DNA of 64,000 nucleotides from NCBI RefSeq assembly GCF_000150275.1, contig NW_002060943.1, forward strand, positions 12,392,568-12,456,567, written 5' to 3'. The notes below the pieces were generated by a model, which worked only from the letters and a program-made list of their open reading frames with translations, searched no databases and was not told where the DNA came from. Numbering within the stretch: position 1 is the first letter of the stretch; every line of letters starts with the position of its first letter. The position numbers were made by a program, and so were the translations under genes. This stretch comes from Trichoplax adhaerens (Eukaryota > Animalia > Placozoa). Positions 1-13,720 of the stretch are shown here, one piece after another.

Positions 1-131
1 GATAATGATATGATTGAGTTCTCTCACGCAATTATCAGTGAAATTAATAAATAGAACTTAAATCTGCGATCGTGTCTGTTTTGAATACATTTTGTGACAG
101 TAATTAATATTCCTATTATTATATCTTGTAG

Positions 132-1779
132 TGGAGTATGGGGACCATTTAATATGATGTGGTTATGTGGTACTCAACTAAATGGAAGGACTGTTGGAAT
201 TGTTGGCTTGGGAAAGATAGGTAAGTGGTCAAAAGTGTGTCATGGCTTAATTACCGTTTCTTTCTTGGTATCGAATGATTCGTCAATAGAATTCAATGAA
301 ATAACTATAAATAGTTGTAGCTCAATTCCGTGATAACTACATCGTAGGCTTGGCTGTCGTGGAACGTTTAATTCCATTTGGTGTCGGCCGAATAATCTAC
401 AGTGGGCATTCCGAAAAGTCAGAAGGTATATTATTTCATTGAATATTACGAAGATCGATTATGGTTCAATGTATATGTGATATCTGCTATTGCGTAGCCT
501 AATGTGATGGTATTCTGCTTTCATTGTAGCGGCTAAATTTAATGGCACTTTCGGTATGGTAGGCGTATAGAATGAATAATATTGTAAACCACATATATGT
601 TTATCGCTTAATTTGTATTTTTATCAAATGATTTAAATGGATATCATCTGCTAATGGCCAGTCGACTTTACTTCATTACTACAACAATCTGATATCGTAA
701 TCATCTGCTGTGCCCTGACACCGCAAACGAAAAGTATGCTATCTAGACTTGTCGTCTTATGATATTGATCAATGATCGGAGTTAGATCCTTGATGCAAAA
801 TTCCAAAATCTCAAATAAAAAATTAGCAGCTAACTGAAGAGATAAAAGGTAGTTACCATAATTTTACTGTTGTTTGCTCTAGGTCTTTTTGATCAAGCTG
901 CCTTCTCCCAAATGAAAAAGAATGCAATTATGATAAACATTAGCAGGTATGTAACGCGCTATACGCTTGGTGTCACTACTTGTGTCTGTTGCTTGATATT
1001 ATTTACATTTGGCAATCCGCAGCGTGATACAGCAGTGCACTTTATGCATACTCTGCTTTAAGGTCATACTATACGAGCATAAATGTGTAAGCAAACATCG
1101 TAATAATTTAAATCACAAAGACTATACAAATCACATAAAGTAGTGGCTGCATAGATCATTTACTGATCATTATTAACGTTAAGAAAGTAGTGAAAGTAAT
1201 AATTAAATTCTTTCAATCAGAAATTGTAACAATAACATTATGTATATCGTGTTGTTGAATAATTGAAGAGGACCAGTCGTCAACCAAGATGATTTGTATG
1301 CTGCTCTAACCACCGGACAAATTCAGGTTCATTTCACTTTGTTATTGGATAACAATATTGAGACCATACTAAATTCGAGATCTCAAAGTATACTCGTGCT
1401 GCATGACATTGTCAGCATTGATTGGATCTTTGTCCATTAAAACTACCTTCTGTTTATTTTGAAAATATACATGAAAAAATTAGGCTGCTGGACTAGATGT
1501 CACTACTCCAGAACCGATTCCTACTGATCACCCGTTAATGGGGCTTAAAAATTGTGGTAAATTTGTTGCAGTCGTATTGCTTTAATTTACATGTTAATAA
1601 GATGTTGCTCGATTATATTAATTCAGACGACCATTTCTACTTATTAAAATTTTTCTTTAGTAATCTTTCCACACATTGGAAGTGCAACAACTGATACTAG
1701 GACTGAAATGATTATGCGGACATTCTACAACTTAGAAGCTGGTCTAACTGGCGAACGTCTTCCTTTTTCTGTCTACTAA
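132..1779 (+). CDS. GRHPR: Glyoxylate reductase/hydroxypyruvate reductase (D-2-hydroxyacid dehydrogenase family); 3' part only, 5' exons lie outside the window
   Basis: Eight GT-AG exons in consistent phase: 132-220, 348-425, 530-553, 662-733, 883-946, 1269-1326, 1484-1556, 1661-1779. Translation: ...[34 protein letters not shown]...[15 protein letters not shown]...[69 protein letters not shown]...*. It has the Rossmann GxGxIG and the catalytic NxSRG, LDVxxPEP and PHIGSAT motifs. Confidence 0.93.
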
Positions 1780-2195
1780 TCGATTTTAAATGGAATGATT
1801 ATCTTTTTTATGCATAGTTTAGCTGTGTCTGTAATTAAATTGAAACTGAAAGCGAGAAACTATAAAATCTATAATATGATACTGGATCCAGAACCGCTTT
1901 CTTAAGGAAATTTATATTTTTAGCATTAAATATCATACTTTTGTCTATTGCACTTATCAAGTCCTTACTTTTTAATGCAATTTATTTAATGAAACTTAAT
2001 TTATAAGCCAATGACTTCCGGACTACTTTATTTCTTGAAATATCGGTTATAATTTGTTAACGTTCTTAGCAATAACTAAACCATGATTTATCAATAGTTA
2101 AAATATGGTCTCAAAAAGAAAGTACATTTCCAAAAGATATAGAAATTATTATTAATCTTCACTGATTACTTTCAGTTTGATCTAATAGTCTCATG

Positions 2196-2316
2196 AATAA
2201 ATCTGAGCTTAATACTAATCTAAGTTTTCTTCAATGAATCGAAGTTTTCAATCAATCATGAATCTAAGTTTTCTTATAATAAATCTGAGCTTAATACTAA
2301 TCTAAATTTTCTTCAA
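2196..2316. repeat. Short direct repeat (~40 bp x2 with a partial internal copy)
   Basis: AATAAATCTGAGCTTAATACTAATCTAA(G/A)TTTTCTTCAA occurs at ~2196 and ~2278. Confidence 0.8.
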
Positions 2317-2656
2317 CAGCCGGCCTATCAGCGACGACAAGATGATGTGAACATCTAGAGTTACAATATAAAAACTATCAATGAAAAATTTGAATGGCCA
2401 ATCTTGACTAAATAGTAAACTTGAAGTGCGGGTGATGTCCAACTGTTAAAAATCGACATTACCATTATTAAGTAGGTTAATGACTGCTTACCGCATTTAC
2501 TAGCGACATTCCTTTTAGTTAGAAATCGATCAACGAATTTCATGATTTAACTCGATCTCTTGACATCAACATTAATTATTAGCAATGCCTCTAATTTGAA
2601 CGTCACATTTATTGAGACGTGATTGCAGAGAATCTCTTCCCTTAACTACGCGTCAA

Positions 2657-2856
2657 AAGAAGTATTACTATCCACGCTTAATAGCTAGAGTAAATCACAG
2701 CAAATGAAATTATTTACTATCACTAGAAGATAAATATGAACAGTTGCAAATTTGATTTAGACTATATCTCCAAGGAAGTATTACTATTCTCACGTAATAG
2801 CTAGAGCCAATCACAGTAAATGAAACTAATTACTATCACCACAAGATAAATATGAA
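2657..2856. repeat. Diverged direct repeat (~85 bp x2, period ~117 bp)
   Basis: GAAGTATTACTAT...TAATAGCTAGAG..AATCACAG.AAATGAAA...TTACTATCAC...AGATAAATATGAA occurs twice. Confidence 0.8.
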
Positions 2857-3840
2857 TATTAAAAAAATCATCTATGCAATAACACCATCAACCAGTATTA
2901 TTTAAATTCCAATTTTCATGCAGTATCATAAAAAAATTCACTATAAGCATGAGGCATGAAAAGGTCATTTAATTTATAATTATTATCATCTAAATTAATA
3001 CAGTGCCAATTTTAAGAAAGCAGATACGATAGATATATTGTTATGATGTGATACCTTGGCTACAAGTTGAACAGTTGATTAAAATCAGCTTCGATTTTAT
3101 TAATATAGAATTAACTTTAACATGAAAAGCTAGCTAAGTAGAGCGTACACGATTAATTTTGCTACGTTTTCAATCTATCCTCTTATACTAACTATTCTGT
3201 TTATTCATCAACGTAACTCTAATCCATTTGATTCTAAATCCTATATATGGATATCGCCCAAAATACTTGTAGCCATGCAGCATCGCCTGGCTAAAAACGT
3301 ACGTGAATATTAAATACAGGACTGAAGTGACTTCCCCAAGAATCTTGCGCGAGCAGACCTGATTCCTCATTTATCTATACGCTAGATGAGAGTTTAACGG
3401 CAATCCTATGAAAAAAGAAAGGCAGCTATCGGTTAACAGTATAATATTGAACTAAAAATTGGCATTACAGTAAGAGAAAGCTCTGACGTAGCAGAATTCC
3501 GATAAATGATCATTTAAATAGGATTAACTTACCGAAACAGAAGTTGATTATCTTCCGCAGTAAGTATAATCGTTAGGGCATACATTGAAATTTCAGAACC
3601 TAATGACAGTTTGAATAATGAAAGAAAAATTTTATCGAAAGTCTATGTTCATTTGATATATTTCTACTCGTTATTAATTATCATCCAAGTACTTACATCA
3701 TTGATAATTCTTATCGGTGAAATTATTCGATAAATTATCCTTCACTTCATCTCGATTTAGTTAGTAGAAGGACGTACTCATGGCAGCTTACTGAAGAGAA
3801 TAATTCGTAATTTTACTCCTTTTTATTTCTTTATCTGTAG

Positions 3841-6800
3841 ATGAGATCCATTTCTACTGATGATAAAATTACGAATGATAGCAGTAAAACAATATCTGCT
3901 GGCTTCCAATGTAAATCAGGAGATTGTCCTTCTAATTCAAGTCCTACTGAAGATGAATCATCTATTTCTACTACTCAGCAATTTGATTTAACATCTTTTG
4001 AACTAGGACACCATTCTGAATACCAGACTAGCTCGATGGAAAATGAATTAAAATTAAACTGTAGCGATGAAATCTTCAATTTCGCGGAATGCGATGTTCA
4101 AACATGCGATGAAAATTTAGACAAGCTAGAGAATAGTATCGCTAATAGCAATTGTTCACACAACGATGAAATCTTCGGTTTCCCAGATTGCCATGATAAA
4201 ACATGCGATGATAATTTAGACAAGTTACACGAAATTATTCCCAATAGCAATTGCCCACGGAACGATGAAATCTTCAATTTTCTGGATAGTCATGCTCAAA
4301 ACTATGATGAAAATTTAGATAATTTACTCAGTATTGTCTCCAATAGCAATTCTTCGCCGAAAGATGTAGGACTTGCTACTGATGAAATTCAAGTGATTAA
4401 AAATAACAGCAAGAATGCTACGAAAAATCCAGTCATTTCTCCAAAATTCAAGGATCAATGGAGTCCTTCAAGCTGTCAGCAGTCGCAATATGTAAGGCGG
4501 AAAAGATGCAATTCTCAAATAGATAGCGATGACGTTGATCAAAATCCAGTTATTAGTGAAATTCGTTACTTAGCATCTAGTTTAGGCGAAGATTTACTAC
4601 TTTCTTCAACAGATAGGCAGAATCTTGAGCATTCCTTGCACGACAAGCAACTAAATCACCCAGTGAATTCCCATATTACTTATTCTAGCTTTGATCAAAA
4701 TCAGGCTGATGAAAACTGTTATTTAATGACGCATGCAGAAGAAGATTTACTTCCATCAGCAAATGGGCAGAATTATGATCATTCTTGGCACAGCGAGCAA
4801 CCAACTCGTCCATTAGATTCTGATGATGTCCATTCTACTGTCGATCAAAATCAGGTCATTAATGGACCGTTAACTAATGAAAATCACCATTTAATGACCA
4901 GTTTAAATGAAAATTTACTGGCATCAGCAAATAGGCAGAATCTTGATCATTACTCGCACGGCAAGCAGCTAACTCATTCACTGGATTCTCATGATGATCA
5001 TTCTGGCATTGATCAAAATCAGGTTAAGAATGGAAATCGTTATTTAATGATTCATTCAAATGAAAATTTAGTTCCTTCAGTAAGTAAGCAAAATCTTGAT
5101 CACTTAATGCACAACAAGCAGATAACTCATCCATTATTAGATTCCCATGATGATACTTCTGGTATGGATCAAAACCAAGTTAGTAATGAAAACCGTTATG
5201 CGATGACCAATTCGAATGGAGATTTACTGACTCCCAAAAATGGGCAAAATTTTGATCTTCCTTTTTATGGCAAGCAAATTACTCATCCGTTATTGGATTC
5301 TCATGATGATGGTTCCAGTGTTGATCAAAATCAAGTTATTGATGAAAACCGTTATTTAATAATTAATACAAATAAAGATTTACTTCCTTCAGAAAGTAGG
5401 TTGAATCTTGAACATGCTTTGGTTGGTAAGCAGATAACTCAGCCATTATTGGATTCCCGTGGCAATAGTTCTTGTAATGATCAAAATCAAATTTTCGTTG
5501 AGAATTCGAATCGTTATTTAATAAATAATTCAAATCAAGATTTACTTCCTTCCGTAAGTGAGCAGAATCTTGATTATTCTTTGCACAGCAAGCAGATAAC
5601 TCATCCGCTATTGGATTCCCACGCTAGCAATTCTAGTATTGATCAAAATCAAGTTGAAACTAAGAATCGTCATTTATTGACCAATTCGAGTAAACAGTTG
5701 CCAGTTTCTTCAATAAGCGAGCAGAATCTTGATTATTCATGGCATAACAAGCAGTTAACCCATCCAATGTCAGAGTCTCATGATGATCTTTCTAGTCTTG
5801 ATCAAAATCATGCCATCAGTGAAAACAGTAACGGTTATTTAATGACCTACTCAAATGAAGGTTTGCTAATTCCTTCCACAAGTGATCGAAATCTAGATCA
5901 TTCTTTGCATAGCAATCAGCCAACTCATCCACTACTGGATTCTTGTGTTGATAATTCTACTTTACATCGGCATCAAAGTAGATTGGATAACCGTGGCAAT
6001 AATCTTTACCGCGAATCATCTAGACCTGAGAATAGGCATTCAACCCCTAATGGAAAATTCAGCAGATCACAAGCTCTTATGCCAAAATGTGGCCTTTATT
6101 CGGGTAGGGCACAGTCAAGTAGGAAAAAAGATCACCCTGGAATAAATCAGGAATCGGTTAATGGCTATTCTTACCAAAATGAATCTGCAAGGCATGGCTA
6201 TAGCAAATCAAATCCATTATCGAATGAGGATAACTTCAAGAAAAGGAATCCAAATTGCTACTGTTCCTGTCACGGTTCTAACCGATCGTCATACGACGAA
6301 GGAAACGACACTTACATCTCTGCAACGCTAAATTATTCTAATTCTACTAAAACAAATGAAAATCATGACCCAAACGTTAGTCTTGATGACGACATTTATT
6401 TAATATCTTCAGGTCAGAGTGCCAAGAATGATGCTCTAAAGATATCTGCATCGCTCAATCATTCCAATTCGACTAAAGTTAACCTTAATGGTCGCCAAAA
6501 TAGTAGCCTTGAAGACGACATTTATTTCATATCTTCAAGCAACAGTACTGTTAATTTTACTCTGCCCAAAAGCCGTAAAAGGCAAATAATAGACATTGCC
6601 GATTCTACGTCAAGCTCTGTATCTAGTAATAAGGTATCCAAGTATGCGTCTAATTTATCAAAGGAAAGCAGGAATGAATCTTTATCGCAGAAAGCTACCT
6701 TAGAAAGAGATAATTCAGCTCGTATCAGCTATAATTCAGATGCATCGGACGCTAATACTACCAGTCAAAAAGATGAAGTGCAACATCACCCTCAAAGTAT

Positions 6801-7514
6801 TCCAATATGGCTAAGAAATCCACTCTTGCGTACAAACAAATGCAAAAATTTCTGCCAATTGGCCACAGAAATAGCCTGTTCGAGACAAAGTGATCATCCA
6901 TTGCCAGCGTTTCCGACAGATAATTCTGGCTCATCGCAAGTAATGAATGCGGTCAGTAACGCATCTTGGCAACAGAATCGTGCACAACATGGTCTTTTAT
7001 TAACGAGGAACAACATTTCCTATTCTCCAATGGATATAGCAGATGCTAATAGTACGGATCCAGGTACACATTCGCAAGAAAATGCTCAGTCATCGAATCA
7101 TACTGGTAAGACTATCTATCAGAGTTAATATAAAATTAAAAACTCAAAATCGAAAGAGAAGTACGAGTTGTATTCGTACCATTTGTGCAAGTGAAACCTA
7201 AATTACAATAATAAAGCTATTTAGCAAATCATTATTTTTTGCTATAGGACTAAACGGTAATGTAACCTTTCGAAATGGATGCCAGTTGATTACTGGCGAC
7301 AAGAAAACCGGTAAAAATCGTATACAATACGAAATTGATTCAACCAAGGCAAAGCCGTGTAGAACAAGACGTTCATCAAAGGCAAGAACAAACGGCGAAA
7401 AAAGGTTGGTAACCTCATTTAATGATTTCAATTTAAATATGCTTATATGATTGCTTAAATCATAGATGTGAAAACACTGACGAAAAATCAAAGAAAAAGA
7501 AAGATGACAAATAG
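3841..7514 (+). CDS. Large Ser/Asn/Asp/His-rich tandem-repeat protein, predicted disordered, function unknown (~1156 aa)
   Basis: 3.3-kb open exon 3841-7105, preceded by a polypyrimidine-TAG acceptor, so an upstream exon may exist. Donor GTAAG at 7106, then in-phase exons 7248-7404 and 7466-7514 ending KSKKKKDDK*. No signal peptide or TM segment is visible. Basic clusters RRKR and KSRKR. Confidence 0.8.
4057..4350 (+). repeat. Coding tandem repeat, 99 nt/33 aa x3
   Basis: GATGAAATCTTC anchors at 4066, 4165 and 4264; unit NCxxNDEIFxFxDxxxxxxDxNLDKLxxxxxNS. Confidence 0.9.
4520..5960 (+). repeat. Coding tandem repeat, ~156 nt/52 aa x ~9
   Basis: GATCAAAA(T/C)C anchors at 4537, 4693, 4843, 5011, 5167, 5323, 5479, 5641 and 5800. 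All spacings (150-168) are multiples of 3. Unit DQNQVxxENRYLMxxSNEDLLPSxSxQNLDHSxHxKQxTHPLLDSHDDxS. Confidence 0.95.
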
Positions 7515-10155
7515 TGATCGTTCAGTAATCTTTGTTTGATGGATGTCAATTTTCTTTTATTTGATTGCTTCGATGCGGATATTTGCAAAATGAACAATAA
7601 CTCTTGGATACTGATAAGCCATGATAGGATATGCAGTGTATCGTAGAAGTATCACAAATAAATGCCCATATTGTAATAGCCATAAAGATTAATTATTAAA
7701 TAAGTTGATTAGCATTGGAATAAATTACGTAATAATAATTATGCATTACATGCTGTAAGGCTGATCTATTTCTCAAGTGTTGGCAATTAGTAAATTCGTA
7801 AGTTTTAAAAATTGTATGCAAACTCGTATGTCACAATTTAGCCTATTGACACTGTCTATTTGTGCAGTCTATGCTATGCCTAATCTTGTGCTTCAAGTAT
7901 AAAGTTGATAAATGAAGTTCATGTAGTCTAATATTATCGTATATTTAAGCAGAAATCCTCTTAGAAATATGAAATATGAAATTTAAGAATTACCTTTAAT
8001 ATAAGCTTGTCAGAATCCTCTGGATAAAGAAATAAGCCAAATAAAATTACTCTCTAAAAAATATACGTCAATCTAAAATCAGAAACTATAACTATTCTAC
8101 GTGTATATTTTAAGGCTATCAATATCAAAATTATAAACTTTCAAGTGCTGGAATACGAAGCAAAACCATTGCAGTTGATTTTATTAATTAACTATGTTAT
8201 GAAAGTATATACAGTACAGTATTATTGCAGAGAATGCGCTAAGCGTTAAAATAGATGCAGGCATATATTCATTACCGAATAGAATGGTCAATCACCAGAC
8301 TGTAGCTGGGTCATTTAAGCGAATCTGCTTTGTCTTGTCAACATGTTAGCTTGCAGTTTGCGGAAGATCACAATCAAAAGCAGCAGCATTGCAATGATTG
8401 CAAACTAATTTCTCTCAATTTAGACATTTTCAGATCAAAAACTACCGCCATCTGTGACCGTTATAAAATTATGATCGAGCTCCAAGAGAGTGCTATAAAT
8501 AATAGATATTCAGGAATGAATTCAAATACTTTGTAACCATATTTGCAAGTTAGAATGTAAAAATGGCGAAAGATACCATAAAGAAAATGGACATCCTAAA
8601 GCTGCAGGTAATCCATTGTCAACGTATCGTTCATCACTATGATCTATTATAGATCACAGGGTTCCGGGTTAGCGATTATCAAAAGTAATTTGATACGGCA
8701 AGCGAGTGCAATTCAGAATAGAAATTTACTTTAAAATGTAGGATGAAGGTAGATGTAAGTTCCTGATAAAAATGGAGTTTAAATAAAGCCACATCATAAC
8801 TGGCAAAAATAGATTGGCTAATGCATCTTTAAGATAATCAGGATAGGCTAACGCGATCATGGTGAATAGAGAAATATGGATATGGAGTAATTACTTTAGA
8901 AGTTTTCCATTTATGGATTTACTCCCACTATGGACTTACAAGAATCGGCTGTATATGTCATTGCTTCCATATTTGCTCAATAGGCACGACTTAGATTTAC
9001 ATCTGTTAAACGTAATGCCAAATTTGTAATCCTTTCGTGCGAATGTATTTGCTTTTCTTTCGGAGATTGGATAGAAACCATATTAGATATAACTGTCATT
9101 TATTTTAATGATTTAGGTTTAATATTCGCACTAACTCTATAATTTTCGGGGTCAACAGTAGGCTCAGGCATGGGCGGAATAATTATAATTAGCACTGATG
9201 TCAGTCTCTACTGCCCAGCATTTAGCGCTCCACTAAATACCGATGTATAATCATGACTAATCATGACAAATTGATTTAATAGCAGAAAAATTGTTTGCCA
9301 CAGTAGATTACTATCAATGCTTTGACCATGCAAGCAATGTTGATGGCTATTTAATTGGCGCAGGTTGTGTGGATAATGCAGTGATCGAGTGTACTCTCAG
9401 AAGTTGATATCGCTAATCGTTCTCAATGTCAATACTGCCACCATGACCAAACGCCCGAGATTTACATTCAGTTAGAATATACATGTCTAATAAGCATTTC
9501 AAGGGATTTTGATGTTCAATTGTACAACCACTTAAGTCTATAAAATAGTAATTTGCACAATATAGCTTCGATTTATTTGACCTTGCTAAAGAGCTAAAAC
9601 TTCTAAATGCTAGTAGACGAATGAACATAATGAATGGCAAAATGTAATGCTGATACAGCAAGAATTGAACGAATTTTATTTCAAATGTAGCAAATTCTAC
9701 CTCACGCTATTCACTTTTGCCTCACATAACAACTTCAATCACGGGCTCTGCTAGCGTCCACTTATGACTTTACGTTTTCATTTCAGGTGGAGTAATCTTC
9801 CTCTATCTCAAGCTAATATTTTTTGCCTCTTATAAAAACAGAACTTCAATTTATGAAATTGTTGCACATCATGGCCATGTTTATTAAGATAATTGATTCT
9901 AGGCTATAAAATGGCTACGTTCAATTATTTTGTCAAAGTAGCAATTCTACCGAATAAAAATTATTCAAGAATGATCTTATTGGCGCTTTGACATGATCAT
10001 CTAACGAATACTATGCCATTTATCGTTTTTATTTTCACAATTAATGAAGAAATTTCATCAGAAAGAGGAATTGCACATTTCCAATCTTTTATTCTTCGTT
10101 CAATCGATTTGATTGTTCATTTTTATTCTATGACGCAGATGACAAAACCTTGACT

Positions 10156-11304
10156 CTAGTAATCGATTTGACTTCGTTCCCCAAAGCCTGGTTCATATTC
10201 GTTATGAAGTAAAGTGACAGTTTGATATTCAGTTACCGTAGTCAAAGGCTCCGTGCTTAAAAATTTGGTCACAGTTACATTCATGAAGGCAGTGTGCGTT
10301 GAAGTAATTGTCGTGGAAATTGGAGAAACAATGGTAGTTCGTAAAATAACAGGAGGAACATCAGATGGAGTAATGGTGATCACTTGGATTGAAGTTGGAA
10401 TTGACGGAACTGGCGTTGGCTGAACAACCGTGGAAATAATAGTTGTCGTTTCAATTCGTGGCACCGCACTTGACATTAATTTCGTTTCAGTCACTGTTTT
10501 GGTTGTAGTAGTTGTGCGAGCAATGGTCTCCGTGATAATTAATGCTTTCGTTTTAACTAAAATTTGAGGTTTATTATACAGGAGAGGCAATTTAGGCAAG
10601 GTAGCTGGATATCGATTCCTCTTTTCTAGATTGAAAGAGAAAGACATCAGGTTAGCATTAGAAGGATAAATGTTTTCCGGATTAAAAGAGAGATATTAGG
10701 TTATCATTAATAGGATAATGTATATCTTTTCTGGATTAAAAGAGATATTGATTTATCATTACTAGGATAGTTCCAACTCCTAGCAGTCTGATGAAACTCC
10801 GCTATAATAAAACTACGGCCACAATGTAAAATCATCATAGAACGCTCTACTTGAAATGCAAAAGCTAGTGGACTTGGGGAAGAAATTACAGAGCAATTAA
10901 AAAATGATTCTAATAAGCTCAATTTGTATAAAGGCTATTAGTAATAGCAAGCAATACTTATCATTTTATATATTTATACCGTGGATAAACAAACAACTGG
11001 GTATGTCGCAGTAATCCCAGATATGCTCATTAATGAAACACCATGGTCCACCATAGCGATGATTATCATTTCGACAGAAATTATGCTTATACGGTTGAAC
11101 ACCGTAAGGTAAAATTATTAATTGCGACCAACGGTAGCAACGATTGCCATTTCGTGTTACGTTTTTGTGGCCGAAATAATCCGAACCTCGGGTACCTGGA
11201 TTATAGCATTCGAAATCATCGAGATGAGCACTGTAGACTACATTGATGGCAAGCAAGGCAAAGATGGAAAATATGTTCAACTTTATGACTAATTTCAAAT
11301 CCAT
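10156..11304 (-). CDS. Secreted single-kringle protein with a Thr/Pro-rich mucin-like tail (~264 aa)
   Basis: Exon 11304-10980: signal peptide MDLKLVIKLNIFSIFALLAINVVYS plus kringle CYNPGTRGSDYFG...CYRWS...HNFCRN...GPWCF...WDYCDIPSC (6 Cys). GT at 10979, AG at 10627-10626. Exon 10625-10156 in phase: HEKRNRYPATLPK...TTTTTKTVTET...QIDY*. Possible 5'UTR intron 11781-11373. Confidence 0.88.
10661..10770. repeat. ~50-bp tandem repeat x2 in the kringle-gene intron
   Basis: AGGATAA...TTTTC(C/T)GGATTAAAAGAG(AG)ATATT..TTATCATTA occurs twice. Confidence 0.75.
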
Positions 11305-13194
11305 CGTCACCAATAAATTGATTGACTGTCTGCTATGGGTTGGATAATGTTACTTGGAACTTTTCTCGCTGGCTGCAGAGATTTAAGAGCTTGTCACTAT
11401 CCTCTCGAGATATACAATATATAAACCGCTTTGTTTATTGCATAATCTACTCGAAGGTAATAGGTGCGAATAAAAACATAAAAGTGTCGAGCTATATTTC
11501 CTATGCTCAAGGCATATCGTGTTGCTCTCGGTCTGTCCTTTCTCCTGGTGATTAGGATGAGCAAATATTGCTACGCTAATATAGAATGTGCAAGAAGCTT
11601 GATCGTTTGCACTACTCCATAACGTGCAGGTGAGGAAATGATGCTTGCAAAGGATGATTTGGATAATATGCAATATTGGTCTTCCTGATCTTTCTTAGTG
11701 GATGCTGCTAGTTTTATCGTTATCACTATGCCAGTACAGTAATGAATAAAAGAAAATGCACAAGATGCAGGAGAATGATACCTTGCAAAAAATTTAATTT
11801 TCTCCGCATTAGAAATTTTAAATGATCAATAAATATTGATACCGTATATCAAGGTGTTAATAAAATCAGAGTGAATAAATTATTTTCCACCTTGGGTAGT
11901 TGTGGGTGTAGGAGGGAGAGTGATGTCGAAGATGAGAGAGCCGATACAGCGTTATTATGATTAGACATGCTAGCTTAGAATTACTGTAGACTGTTAAAGC
12001 CAATATAATGGAATGAAATAAAAGGCAGTAAAGTCGAAAAGCATTAACGAAAATTTTATGATGGTGCTACGTAACTCTATAACTGCGATCTTTCGGATCG
12101 CTACGTTAATATATCACCTGGATATATTATTCGTAAACAACGCAGAATGAAAATAAAGAGCATTGATGAAAACAAATCGATCAAATAGTCTGATAAGAAC
12201 GGAATATAAAATTCACCAAATTAGTCGTTATTCGACGAAACTGCATATAGCCACTAGTCCGATCATTTGTTATTTAGCTGGATACGAGCAAGAATCCTAT
12301 TGAATAAAAGTAAAAGGCATTCTGTGGTAGAATTGCTCAGTATCGATCCACTTGAAAGTAACTTGTAGCTAGTCACAGTAGTTTAGTACAAAATTCAGAA
12401 CTAATTGCAATTGCAATAAACTGCTAATTAATTAATAGAATCTCTTGCTAGCATACTGATGACACGGAAGAGTTATGTTCAATAAAGTCAACACCCATTT
12501 TGCAAAAGAATTATGCCCATCAATCTACTTCAATGGCGCATTTCAGTCGATATTGCCATAACTAGCAGTTTGGTGTGATGGCTAATAAGGTGTTAATTGC
12601 CAGTCATCCTTCTCTCCAATATGCGGTCTATGGACCAGAAAGGATTCAATCATAGTAATTTCGAACAGGATAGCTTTTACACTACGCTTAATATTCATGA
12701 ATCAACTACCGCATTTGATTTTCAATGAAAGTCATTCTTTAATGGATAGCTTAGCACACCGTTGCAAAAGTATGTATTTATCAGAAAGTAACAAGTCAAA
12801 GCTGAAGATTTCATTGATGTGGCAGAGTTATGCCCTTCATAACATTACTTAGCTCTTTCTTGTTTTGAACTAGCCATGATTTGAGTAGTAGTTCATTAGA
12901 GAAATTATAAAACAATGAAAACTTGTAAAATATAACTCTCAAGGTCTCTGTTTACCAAATGATGATAATCCAAGATTAATAAATGCTGAAGAGTATATTT
13001 TATTCAGATACAAATCCAAGCTAGAGTTCAATTCACTTTTTTGACCCTTCTAATTTCAAAACTACATCAGCAATATTGATCATGTGACGCAATGCTGTTT
13101 CCTCAAAATCACTCTTATCCGCATGAAATTGATGTAAATACGTTGCGTATCGGCTATAAATTTTAAAATATAGAATAAGATGAAGAGTAAATCT

Positions 13195-13720
13195 GAGAGA
13201 TAAAAGCATCTTTTAATTACTAATGTTCAAATCTTACGCAAGGATTGCCTAATAATTGTCAATAGCGCATAGAGCCTTAACATATCATTAAAATTTGTTT
13301 ATCTAGCATAAAATGGAGGTGGATGTAAAATTTGTTACATCGTTTAATAACTCTGTTTGTTATATGCGAGATCATAACTCATGGTTAAAATTTATTTCTT
13401 CTGTAAGAAACTTTGGTAGGTTTAATTAGTAACATCTTTTAATTGCTCTGTTTGTTACATACGGGATAATAGCATACTATTGAAATTTGTATATCCTGCA
13501 TAAAACAATATCTTTTATTCTGCACGATGCAATTCGCAACATCTTTTAATTATGTGCAATTATTATTGTCTAAATCTTGCGTAAAGATTAGTCTTAACTA
13601 TTTGCGGTATATAGGACTATAAGTCCACAATACAAAATTAAAATATCATTTTCGGGAGAGGGAGGGAATTTATTTTTCTTACATGAAACAGTGTACTTTA
13701 TTCTACACGTTATGATGGAG
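13195..13720. repeat. Degenerate tandem repeat array (~100-bp scale)
   Basis: CATC(T/G)TTTAAT recurs at ~13207, 13338, 13433 and 13540, with shared CTCTGTTTGTTA and AAATCTT(A/G)CG motifs. Confidence 0.6.

Noticed and set aside
4520-5960. Neuropeptide precursor or CRISPR-like array
   Set aside because: No signal peptide and no regular dibasic/Gly-amidation sites. The repeats are in-frame coding units without unique spacers, in a eukaryotic context.
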